This document shows positions 56,054 through 64,000 of a stretch of 64,000 nt of DNA, one piece after another. The first letter of the stretch is position 1. Each line of letters starts with the position of its first letter. Both the position numbers and the translations under genes were made by a program. The notes beneath the pieces were generated by a model, which saw nothing but the letters and a program-made list of their open reading frames with translations, was not told where the DNA came from and searched no databases. This stretch comes from Flavobacteriales bacterium (lineage in GTDB: Bacteria > Bacteroidota > Bacteroidia > UBA10329), in contig JAIOYO010000013.1 of NCBI GenBank assembly GCA_021741075.1, positions 3,121 to 67,120 on the forward strand. Reading direction: 5' to 3'.

Positions 56054-57109
56054 CTAGTCCTTCAAATCTATACTGACCGCCTCCGGCACCGCTTTGATGA
56101 ATATTGGTTTTCCCATTACGTGCAGTGTAGATTGTGGATCGGTGGTTCTGATGCCTACATTACCTGTTGCCCCGCCATAAGCGTTCAAAGTAATTGCTCC
56201 TGTTCCTTTTCCAATGAGATTCAAGACTTCATTGGCATTTGTGCCGGTTTGGTAGATAGTATTATATCCGAATCCAATTCCTTGTGTCAGGTTATCGTGT
56301 CTGAATTCGATTCCGCCATCATAGGCCTGACCAGAGCCAAAACCACCACTTACGAACATCGTTTTACCATTGTCATTAGCTCCCGGATCTGTAGTTCCGC
56401 TTCTCACCGTCAATCTTGCTCCAGGATTATTCAATCCGATTCCAACATTACCGCCTCCGAGGTTTATTGCAAGATCGGACCAAGCGTTCAATGTAGAACT
56501 ATGGCCTCCAATGTTAGCTACGCCACTCAACTCTCCCATTATGACAGCGGCTGACGTATATCCAAAAGCCGCCCCACCTTTCCAGGAACCTGGTGTGCCG
56601 CTGTAGCCTCTAATTGTTACAGCCTGAGCATCTGATGGCGCCACTCCAACGCTAAGTTGATGAATGGTCGATGCATTTCCGATGCCTACATTGGTTCCGT
56701 TGTCGAAAATTTGGCTGTTTCCTAGCTGCGAACCACTCGGTGTCCACTTAGGAACGTAATTCAAAGTTCCGCTTCCTGAAATACTTCCAGAAGCATCTGC
56801 TAATCGTTCCCAAACTGGACTGCCAGGTGTTCCTGAGTTGTAATAATACCCGGGCGTGCTATTGGTCTGAAAAATCAAAAGTCCTGTTGCTGGGCTACTT
56901 ATCGCATTCCGTTGCGTAATGTCCATTCGCGGCACCAGCACCCCTTGGTTTGAGGAACGTACATCAAGCACCGCGGAGTTGTCGCGCGTGGTTCCAACAT
57001 AATCTATCAGAGTTCCATTGGTTTGCGACCAAGCCGAGCATGAAATTGCGGTGAAAAGCACAAGAAGAATGTGTTTTAATAAGCGGGAGGTGAGCAGGGG
57101 AGTCATCAT
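56054..57109 (-). CDS. Tail-fibre-like protein, N-terminal part with a signal peptide (probably the 5' portion of the same gene)
   Basis: 351 aa with signal peptide MMTPLLTSRLLKHILLVLFTAISCSAWSQ. The motif SAVLDVRSSNQGVLVPRMDITQRNAISSPATGLLIFQTN is typical of Bacteroidota tail-fiber-domain proteins. There are three (G)NVGIG/R..P...L.V motifs. Confidence 0.75.
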   Translation of the reverse strand: MMTPLLTSRLLKHILLVLFTAISCSAWSQTNGTLIDYVGTTRDNSAVLDVRSSNQGVLVPRMDITQRNAISSPATGLLIFQTNSTPGYYYNSGTPGSPVWERLADASGSISGSGTLNYVPKWTPSGSQLGNSQIFDNGTNVGIGNASTIHQLSVGVAPSDAQAVTIRGYSGTPGSWKGGAAFGYTSAAVIMGELSGVANIGGHSSTLNAWSDLAINLGGGNVGIGLNNPGARLTVRSGTTDPGANDNGKTMFVSGGFGSGQAYDGGIEFRHDNLTQGIGFGYNTIYQTGTNANEVLNLIGKGTGAITLNAYGGATGNVGIRTTDPQSTLHVMGKPIFIKAVPEAVSIDLKD

Positions 57110-57384
57110 AATCTTGATGTTAAAGTTCGGTTTCCAGTATACAACTACATACTAAGGTAATATTCTGAAATTACGAGTGGATTCGATTTGTTACAGAGAA
57201 CTAGCGAATTTTAACTTTCAGACTGTAGCGATCAACTTCTAATCACAACTCAGTACTTCTCTGCTAATTGTAATCTGTTTTTCTTTAATGGCAATCGTCA
57301 CCTTCGATTTCAGAAGCTACGATTCTATCATAGAAACGAGTATGAATGTCGTACGTGTTGGTTTCGGAAAGAAGATTTTGGATT

Positions 57385-59997
57385 CTATTCTAGCAAGACA
57401 GCTAAAGAATTAAGTCCAGAGTCTAATCCACCAGCATCAACACCTCCAGCACTTGCATAGGTAGGTTGTCCACCGCCTCCACCTTTAATGTGAGCCGCAA
57501 TGGGTCGAATCATCTCTCCAGCTTTCCAACCTTTAGCATCAACGAGGTCTTGACTGATGACCAAATGAAACCCAGGCTTGCCATCAGACAAAACACCAAG
57601 TAAGGCAACTAGACCATTTTCCCTTTTCAGGTCGAAGCAGAGGTTTTTGATGGCAGCAGAATCTTCCAGTGAGATTCGTTCAGTAATCAATTTGAAATCT
57701 CCTTTGTCTACAGCTTTGGCAAGCAATTCGTCTTTCAGACCAGAAGCAGCTTTTGCGTTAAAACCTTCAATTTTCTGCTGAAGCTCTTTGATTTGGGCTT
57801 GCAATTGCTGCACACTTTTCAGCGGGTCTTTGGTCTTGAGCACGTTTTTCAACTCATTTACTTCTGTGTAGGCTGAGTTGAGTTCGTTGAATGCATTCAA
57901 TCCGGTTACAGCTTCAATTCTTCTGATGCCGGCAGCAACCGAACCTTCGGAGGTGATTTTAAGCAGTCCAATGTTGCCAGTTGCACTAGTGTGTGTGCCA
58001 CCGCAAAGCTCTACTGAAAAGTCTTTTCCGAAGGTTATTACACGAACCAAATCGCCATACTTTTCGCCAAAAAGAGCCATTGCCCCCAATTCTTTTGCTG
58101 CGTTTATTGGCACATTTCGTTGTTCGCTCAAAGCAATATTTGCACGAATTTGTGCATTCACTTTACTTTCAATTTCCACCAATTCCTCATCAGAAACTTT
58201 GCTGAAATGTGAAAAGTCAAATCGTAAATAGTCTGGGTTTACCAATGAACCTTTTTGCTCCACGTGCTCTCCCAAAACGTCACGCAAAACAGCATGGAGT
58301 AGGTGAGTGGCTGAGTGATTTAAAGCCGTTGATTGACGCTTGTCGGAATTTACCACTGCCTTAAATACAGCTTTCGGATTGCTAGGCAAGTTTTCTACCA
58401 AGTGAATAATGAGGTCGTTTTCCTTTTTTGTGTCGAGAATCAAGGTTTTGTCTCCTTCGGACTCAATAAAACCGGTGTCGCCAACTTGTCCGCCACTCTC
58501 AGCATAAAATGGAGTGATATTGAATACAAGCTGATAAAACTCTTCGCTTTTGGCCACCACTTTTCGGTAGCGTGTGATGGAAACCTCTGTTTCTAGCACA
58601 TCATAACCCACAAATTCTTCTTTGTCGTCAGTGCGTAGAACAGTCCAATCAGAATTTTCGGTCACAGTTGCAGCGCGCGAACGCTCTTTTTGCTGCTGAA
58701 GACCTTCGTTGAATCCTTGAATGTCAACATGAAGTCCTTGTTCGCGGGCCATCAACTCTGTTAAGTCAATCGGAAAGCCGAATGTATCATAGAGCTCAAA
58801 TGCAAACGCGCCATCGATTGTCTTTTCTTTCAGTGAGCTAACATGATTGTTGAAACGGTCAATTCCTTTATCAAGTGTTCTCAAGAAAGAAGATTCTTCT
58901 TCTTGAATAACACGCGTGATGAGTTCTTGCTGCTTCTTCAATTCCGGAAACGCATCGCCCATTTGCGCTGCCAACGTTGGAACCAACTGGTACATGAATC
59001 CTTCTTTGAATCCAAGAAAACTGTAGCCGTAGCGAATGGCCCTTCTCAAAATTCGTTTAATCACATAACCCGCTCCTGAATTACTCGGAATCTGACCGTC
59101 TGAAATTGCGAAAGAAACCGCGCGAATGTGGTCAGCAATTACTCGAATGGCTACATCCGTTTGTGTGTCTGCTGACGTATATTTTGTGTTGCTCAGTTCC
59201 GAGATTTTGGCAATCATAGGACTAAAAACATCCGTATCGTAGTTCGAAGTCTTTTGCTGGAGCGCCATACAAAGTCGCTCAAATCCCATTCCTGTATCTA
59301 CGTGCTTAGCAGGTAGGTTTTCTAATGTACCGTTTGATTTTCGGTTGAATTGAATGAAAACCAAGTTCCAAATTTCTACTACTTGTGGATGGTCATTATT
59401 TACCAAATCGCGACCTGGCGTTGCTTTTCGCTCAGCATCTGAACGTAAATCCACATGAATTTCGGAACACGGACCGCAAGGGCCTTGGTCGCCCATTTCC
59501 CAGAAATTGTCCTTCTTGTTTGCTCTCAGAATTCGGTCGGCAGGTAGGTATTGCTTCCACAACTCTTCTGCTTCCGCATCTGCTTCCAATTTATCGGCAT
59601 CATCGCCTTCAAAAACGGTTGCGTATAATCGATCTGAATCGAGTTTGTATACATCCACTAGTAATTCCCAAGCCCAATCAATAGCGTCCTTTTTGAAATA
59701 ATCGCCAAAACTCCAGTTGCCGAGCATCTCAAACATGGTGTGGTGATAGGTATCAACACCCACCTCTTCCAAGTCGTTGTGCTTACCCGAAACGCGCAAA
59801 CATTTCTGGGTATCGGCAATTCGTAAATCCTTCGCTTCGCGATTTCCAAGAAAAATATCCTTGAACTGATTCATGCCCGCGTTGGTAAACATCAGCGTTG
59901 GATCATCCTTCACCACCATAGGTGCAGAATCCACTATTCTGTGCTGTTTTTCCTTGAAAAAATCGAGAAACGTTTGGCGGATTTCCTTGCTTGTCAT
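57385..59997 (-). CDS. alaS: Alanine--tRNA ligase
   Basis: 870 aa. HHTMFEMLGNWSFGDYFK and the editing-domain motif HSATHLLH are present, and the C-terminus is DHHA1-like. Confidence 0.97.
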   Translation of the reverse strand: MTSKEIRQTFLDFFKEKQHRIVDSAPMVVKDDPTLMFTNAGMNQFKDIFLGNREAKDLRIADTQKCLRVSGKHNDLEEVGVDTYHHTMFEMLGNWSFGDYFKKDAIDWAWELLVDVYKLDSDRLYATVFEGDDADKLEADAEAEELWKQYLPADRILRANKKDNFWEMGDQGPCGPCSEIHVDLRSDAERKATPGRDLVNNDHPQVVEIWNLVFIQFNRKSNGTLENLPAKHVDTGMGFERLCMALQQKTSNYDTDVFSPMIAKISELSNTKYTSADTQTDVAIRVIADHIRAVSFAISDGQIPSNSGAGYVIKRILRRAIRYGYSFLGFKEGFMYQLVPTLAAQMGDAFPELKKQQELITRVIQEEESSFLRTLDKGIDRFNNHVSSLKEKTIDGAFAFELYDTFGFPIDLTELMAREQGLHVDIQGFNEGLQQQKERSRAATVTENSDWTVLRTDDKEEFVGYDVLETEVSITRYRKVVAKSEEFYQLVFNITPFYAESGGQVGDTGFIESEGDKTLILDTKKENDLIIHLVENLPSNPKAVFKAVVNSDKRQSTALNHSATHLLHAVLRDVLGEHVEQKGSLVNPDYLRFDFSHFSKVSDEELVEIESKVNAQIRANIALSEQRNVPINAAKELGAMALFGEKYGDLVRVITFGKDFSVELCGGTHTSATGNIGLLKITSEGSVAAGIRRIEAVTGLNAFNELNSAYTEVNELKNVLKTKDPLKSVQQLQAQIKELQQKIEGFNAKAASGLKDELLAKAVDKGDFKLITERISLEDSAAIKNLCFDLKRENGLVALLGVLSDGKPGFHLVISQDLVDAKGWKAGEMIRPIAAHIKGGGGGQPTYASAGGVDAGGLDSGLNSLAVLLE

Positions 59998-60123
59998 GCT
60001 TTGTTTAATCTATGAATCGGATGCTTTTTGCTAATGGACTGTTAAATAGCTCGTTGAGCAATTTTGCTAAATTCGCGGAGCTTATTATTCAGAAAGGCGG
60101 CAAAATTAAGGAATAGACGAAGA

Positions 60124-61095
60124 ATGTCTAAGGTCAAATTCCAGTTTGATAAACGTACGTTAACCTATAAGAAGGTTGAGATTGGAGCGAAACAAATTCT
60201 CGTTCGAGTCTTGGGTTATTTGGCTGCGTTTTTTGTTTTTGGTGTAATTGTGATTCTGTTGTTTTCCACCTTTTTCGATAGCCCTAAAGAAAAGCAGTTA
60301 AGACGTGAAATAACCGCGTTGGAACTTCAGTACAAGGTTTTGGGCAACCGAATGGCCCGTGTAGATCAGGTATTGGCCGAATTGCAGGAAAAGGATGACG
60401 ACATCTATCGGGTAATTTTTGAGGCCGAGCCCATTCCTAGTTCAGTGCGGCAAGCTGGTTTTGGTGGGGTAAACCGTTATAGTGATTTAGAGAAGTTGGA
60501 CAATTCTGAACTAGTGGTAAGCACCACTAAACGGTTGGATGAGTTGACCAAGAAACTGGTTGTTCAATCACGAAGTTTTGACGAAGTAATTGCTTTGGCG
60601 AAAAACAAAGAGGCAATGCTAGCAAGTATTCCGGCCATTCAGCCAATTGCCAATGATAAATTAACGAGGGTCGCTTCTGGTTTTAACTACAGAATACATC
60701 CTATATACAAGGTTCGCCATTTTCATACAGGAATAGATTTTGCTGCTCCTCAGGGCACTGATATTTACGCCACTGGTGATGGAGTTGTGAAAGAAGTTAC
60801 GCTACAGAAAGGTGGGTATGGCTATCATGTTGTAATAGATCACGGATATGATTATCAAACCCTTTATGCCCACATGAGCCGATTTAAGGTAAGAGTAGGT
60901 CAAAAAGTGAAGCGAGGAGATATAATCGGATACGTAGGTAGCACAGGAACTAGCACAGCGCCTCATCTTCATTATGAGGTTATTAAGAACGGTGAGAAAA
61001 TAAATCCAATGAATTTCTTTTTCAACGACCTTACACCCGAGGAATACGAAAAAGTGTTGGAACTTTCCAGTCAGTCAAACCAATCATTTGATTAA
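60124..61095 (+). CDS. M23-family metallopeptidase with an N-terminal membrane anchor
   Basis: The ATG at 60124 gives MSKVKFQFDKRT.... HTGIDFAAPQGTDIYATGDGVV and GSTGTSTAPHLHYEV motifs are present. Confidence 0.85.
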   Translation: MSKVKFQFDKRTLTYKKVEIGAKQILVRVLGYLAAFFVFGVIVILLFSTFFDSPKEKQLRREITALELQYKVLGNRMARVDQVLAELQEKDDDIYRVIFEAEPIPSSVRQAGFGGVNRYSDLEKLDNSELVVSTTKRLDELTKKLVVQSRSFDEVIALAKNKEAMLASIPAIQPIANDKLTRVASGFNYRIHPIYKVRHFHTGIDFAAPQGTDIYATGDGVVKEVTLQKGGYGYHVVIDHGYDYQTLYAHMSRFKVRVGQKVKRGDIIGYVGSTGTSTAPHLHYEVIKNGEKINPMNFFFNDLTPEEYEKVLELSSQSNQSFD

Positions 61096-61100
61096 TAGAG

Positions 61101-61436
61101 ATGGTTTATAAGGAAAAACCAATAACCAAGCTATACTATTCTATTGGTGAGGTGGCGAAAATGTTTGATGTAAACAATTCGCTGATACGCTTTTGGGAGA
61201 AGGAATTCGATATTCTTAAGCCGAAGAAGAATGCCAAGGGCAATCGACTTTTTACACAGAAGGATGTAGATAACCTGAAGATTATCTTCCATTTGGTGAA
61301 GGAGCGTGGCTTTACACTGGAAGGGGCCAAAAAGAAACTTCGCGAGAATAAATCAGATTCTACTCCAAACGAAGAGATTGTTGAACGCTTGAAGGAAATT
61401 CGTGGTTTTTTGGTGGAGTTGAGGGATAATCTTTGA
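61101..61436 (+). CDS. MerR-family transcriptional regulator
   Basis: 111 aa with the HTH YSIGEVAKMFDVNNSLIRFWEKEF. Confidence 0.85.
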   Translation: MVYKEKPITKLYYSIGEVAKMFDVNNSLIRFWEKEFDILKPKKNAKGNRLFTQKDVDNLKIIFHLVKERGFTLEGAKKKLRENKSDSTPNEEIVERLKEIRGFLVELRDNL

Positions 61437-62990
61437 TTACACCTGCGGCATTGTAGCCTTTTCTCGTACCACTTCTCCAAACTCTCTTCCAGATGCTTTG
61501 GCCTCGGCCCAAGAAATAAAATCGAAATACTCGAACGCGCTGCTTTCCAATTGATCGTCTTTCAGTTCGCGCATTGTTTCTAAGAATACTTCATAAAGTT
61601 CGTTTTCTGAAATCTGGTCTGGCGATTTCAAAAGCTTGCCAATAAGATCCAAGAAGGATGTCTCGAACTTGAAATAGCGGTTACGGGTACTCAAATAACG
61701 TTGCGTTGAGCGTAGAGCATAGGGAAGGAGGTTCTTGTTGTTCAGCTCAATATGAATCAGCAGGTTCAGCAATTGCCCAAAGCAGTAGATGTCCAAGCTC
61801 TTCGAAATATCAATATCGTTCAGCAGACGATTGGTCCATTTCAAAGCATCGTTATACTTCTTAGCCCCAAAGTAGATGATAGCAATATTGAAGTAAAAGA
61901 ATGCCTTTCTAACGCTGTTCAGCTGTTGCTCATATAGTGCCAATCCAGCCTCAATCTGCGGAATAATCTCCATTCCTTTTTCAAATTCTCCAGTGAGGAA
62001 ATAGATAGTCAACTCAATGCTGTTGGCGCTAGAGAAAAGCTTAATCTCCAAATCTTCATTGTTCTTGATTTCCATCGTTTCTGGCAATTCGCGCAGCTTC
62101 TTAAGATAAAAGAACACGGATTTAAAATCTTTTACCTGACTTGAAACATAGACGATATTGGTGAGGATGGAGAAATAGATGTTCGGCTCTTCCTGGAATT
62201 TCTCCAAGTTGGCCTCAATGTGGTCAACATTCGCCTTCAGGTACTTAAACGAATTAGCGTAATCGCCCACCCCGAAATAGTATGCGCTATAAATGTGATT
62301 GTACAAGTATTCTGATTGATGGAAGATGTGCTCTGCCTCGCGGTTCAGCAGCGTGTCATCAATAATTGACTTCAATTTGGTCAGACCTTCTTCGGTTCTG
62401 GCCTTTCCACGCTTATTCAAAATATTGAACAGGCGGCTTTTAATGCCCCAAAAATCGTTGTACACCTCAATCATCTTGGTGATGCGGGTGTTCTCCAGCA
62501 TCATCGCCTCCAACTCCTCATCCCCGATGTTTTCGTAGTTGTCTTTTTCAATCAATAGCTTCTCCCACATGAAAATTTCGAGCAGAGAAGTATGCTTGTC
62601 ATATTTATAGGCCAGCTTTTTTGCACCGTCCAAAAGCTTTTGGCTCTGTTCGTAAAGACCTCTCTTGTAAAGTATCTCTGCGCAGTGCAGGCTGCGTTTC
62701 AGTTGGGCATCAATAGAGCTGTTAGAGTGGTAAGAATCGAGGGCTCTCAATATCGCATCATACAGTCGAGTTTTGGCAATGGGAAGTGCCTTTGCCAGGG
62801 CCGGATTCTTGAGATTTTTTTTCATCAAAACCTCGTCATATTCTTCTTGTTTGTCCACGGCATCGAACAAAAGTTGGTGATTGTTCTTATCTCCCGCCTG
62901 TTTAGACGTGTAGACTTTGAAGTACCGTTTTTCGGCCTTGCTCAGCGATTTGATAAGCTGAAATACTTTATCTGAGGAAGTCTTAGACAT
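61437..62990 (-). CDS. Conserved-looking all-alpha (TPR-like?) protein of unknown function
   Basis: 517 aa with no signal peptide or TM helix. It is helix-rich with many Y/F/L/K/E residues and no catalytic motif that I recognise. Confidence 0.7.
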   Translation of the reverse strand: MSKTSSDKVFQLIKSLSKAEKRYFKVYTSKQAGDKNNHQLLFDAVDKQEEYDEVLMKKNLKNPALAKALPIAKTRLYDAILRALDSYHSNSSIDAQLKRSLHCAEILYKRGLYEQSQKLLDGAKKLAYKYDKHTSLLEIFMWEKLLIEKDNYENIGDEELEAMMLENTRITKMIEVYNDFWGIKSRLFNILNKRGKARTEEGLTKLKSIIDDTLLNREAEHIFHQSEYLYNHIYSAYYFGVGDYANSFKYLKANVDHIEANLEKFQEEPNIYFSILTNIVYVSSQVKDFKSVFFYLKKLRELPETMEIKNNEDLEIKLFSSANSIELTIYFLTGEFEKGMEIIPQIEAGLALYEQQLNSVRKAFFYFNIAIIYFGAKKYNDALKWTNRLLNDIDISKSLDIYCFGQLLNLLIHIELNNKNLLPYALRSTQRYLSTRNRYFKFETSFLDLIGKLLKSPDQISENELYEVFLETMRELKDDQLESSAFEYFDFISWAEAKASGREFGEVVREKATMPQV

Positions 62991-63459
62991 GTAATTTAAA
63001 GTAACGGTTTTGTATCCAATATATCGCTTAGAGAAGTAATAAATAGTTCGTACCCCTTGTTGTTTCTTTATCTAGCCTTTTTGTCTTGTAGTGGCAGTTT
63101 GAACTGAGTACAGAATGAAAATGTGGTTTCATTTACGGGTTCATTTCGTTACTTTTAAAGTAATGCATCAAAACCTTAGGTTAGACATGTAATTTATCGA
63201 ATGTTGATCCGTAGTTTGGACGTTAGAAGTGTAATTATTGAATGATTTGTTGAAAACGGTTAGAAACGTAATTCATAATAGATGTTAAAAATGAATTAAC
63301 ACATTGAAAATCAAACGTATATAGAAATGAAAAACGAAGTTTCTGGCCTTTTGAGATGTATAGAATGGTCACTTTCGTGGTTTGAACATCTGCTACACCC
63401 TACTTAACTTTACCAAAGCGAATGACAGCAAACAGAAGTTTTACCCTTTTAATACTTGC

Positions 63460-63954
63460 ATGATGAAAAACATTTACAACGACCAAAAAGACAATAAAGC
63501 AGTTATAGGCGTGCTGCGTATTTCAGTCATCATCATTATGACTATGGTTTGGATACTTATAGATAAAGGAAATATCTACGGTCAAAGTCTCGCTGCTAAG
63601 AGTCAGCTCTCAAAACATGGGTTGGAGCAATCAATCACTTCTCAAACACCACTTTTTAAAGATGGAGATGGAAGTCGCGATGGCGATTTGCCTATTGAAG
63701 GCGAAGAGGACAATGAGTTTGTAATGAAACCAAACCCGGTGGAAGGCGAGCTTGTGTTCGATTTCGAATTCACGGTCAAAACGTCTATTCCTGTAGAAAT
63801 CTACAACCCACTTGGAAAACTAGTAGGCACAGGTGTGTTCGAGCCAGGCATCAATTCTCAGAAACTCGATTTTTCATACTTCCCAACGGGAATGTACATC
63901 GTTCGATTGAACATTGGCGGAAAGGCAGAGGTGAGGAGAGTGATTAAGAAATAG
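63460..63954 (+). CDS. Small protein consisting of a signal-anchor, a short acidic linker and a T9SS type-A CTD
   Basis: The ATG at 63460 gives MMKNIYNDQKDNKAVIGVLRISVIIIMTMVWIL.... The C-terminus is MKPNPVEGELVFDFEF...GMYIVRLNIGGKAEVRRVIKK. Confidence 0.7.
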   Translation: MMKNIYNDQKDNKAVIGVLRISVIIIMTMVWILIDKGNIYGQSLAAKSQLSKHGLEQSITSQTPLFKDGDGSRDGDLPIEGEEDNEFVMKPNPVEGELVFDFEFTVKTSIPVEIYNPLGKLVGTGVFEPGINSQKLDFSYFPTGMYIVRLNIGGKAEVRRVIKK

Positions 63955-63961
63955 TTAAAAA

Positions 63962-63999
63962 GTCGATAGACCACTGTCCATGGTCTGTCGTCCATCGAC
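63962..63999 (+). terminator. Compound hairpin after the last gene (possible terminator; the window ends here)
   Basis: The inner stem is AGACCA (63968-73) with TGGTCT (63981-86). The outer stem is GTCGAT (63962-67) with ATCGAC (63994-99). The downstream T-run cannot be assessed. Confidence 0.35.
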
Positions 64000-64000
64000 A

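Noticed and set aside
56120-56554. 144-aa plus-strand ORF
   Set aside because: It is antisense within the tail-fibre-like gene and is Ser/Ile/Cys-rich, as shadow-frame translations tend to be.
53823-57109. Interpretation as a prophage or tailocin remnant
   Set aside because: No other phage-like gene, integrase or flanking repeat occurs in the window. The protein has a cellular signal peptide and the N-terminal motif common to chromosomal Bacteroidota tail-fiber-domain proteins. The idea is kept only as a refutation scenario.

Overview
This 64-kb chromosomal window looks like a Bacteroidota (Flavobacteriia/Cytophagia-type) genome. The signs are TAnnTTTG-type -7 promoter boxes, five proteins with visible T9SS C-terminal sorting domains, a long-form NusB, DUF1573/DUF4199/DUF3276-type families and futalosine-pathway (mqn) genes. 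I call about 62 protein-coding genes, one tRNA-Leu(GAG), a few terminator-like hairpins and a few promoter boxes. I saw no rRNA, CRISPR array, transposase, integrase or recognisable prophage. Most of the content is housekeeping: mdh, queD, fabD, folA-thyA, parE-parC, ilvE, rocD, the nusB-yajC-coaE-nnr block, tsaC, fsa and alaS. There is also a nine-gene nucleotide-sugar operon with tightly overlapping genes (WbpA/B/D/E-like, Ugd, UXS, GalE, RfbB, TviC/WbpP-like), with two glycosyltransferases upstream. I did not find a convincing self-contained novel multi-gene system. The best candidates for follow-up are: (1) a tail-fibre-like gene of about 1,095 codons with a signal peptide and a phage S74-type C-terminal chaperone domain, in a non-phage context and split by a 1-nt frameshift at a GGGAAAACC run; (2) an SPFH / 51-aa / ribbon-helix-helix mini-operon preceded by a 57% G+C self-complementary island in an otherwise AT-rich 341-bp intergenic region; (3) an ECF sigma operon whose putative anti-sigma partner carries PKD and T9SS type-B domains; (4) a PAP2/haloperoxidase-like lipoprotein in which the catalytic His/His/Asp positions are all replaced; (5) a secreted protein made of five 23-aa DDxYYLG repeats inside the rocD operon. 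All functional calls come from motif recognition by eye, not from database searches.
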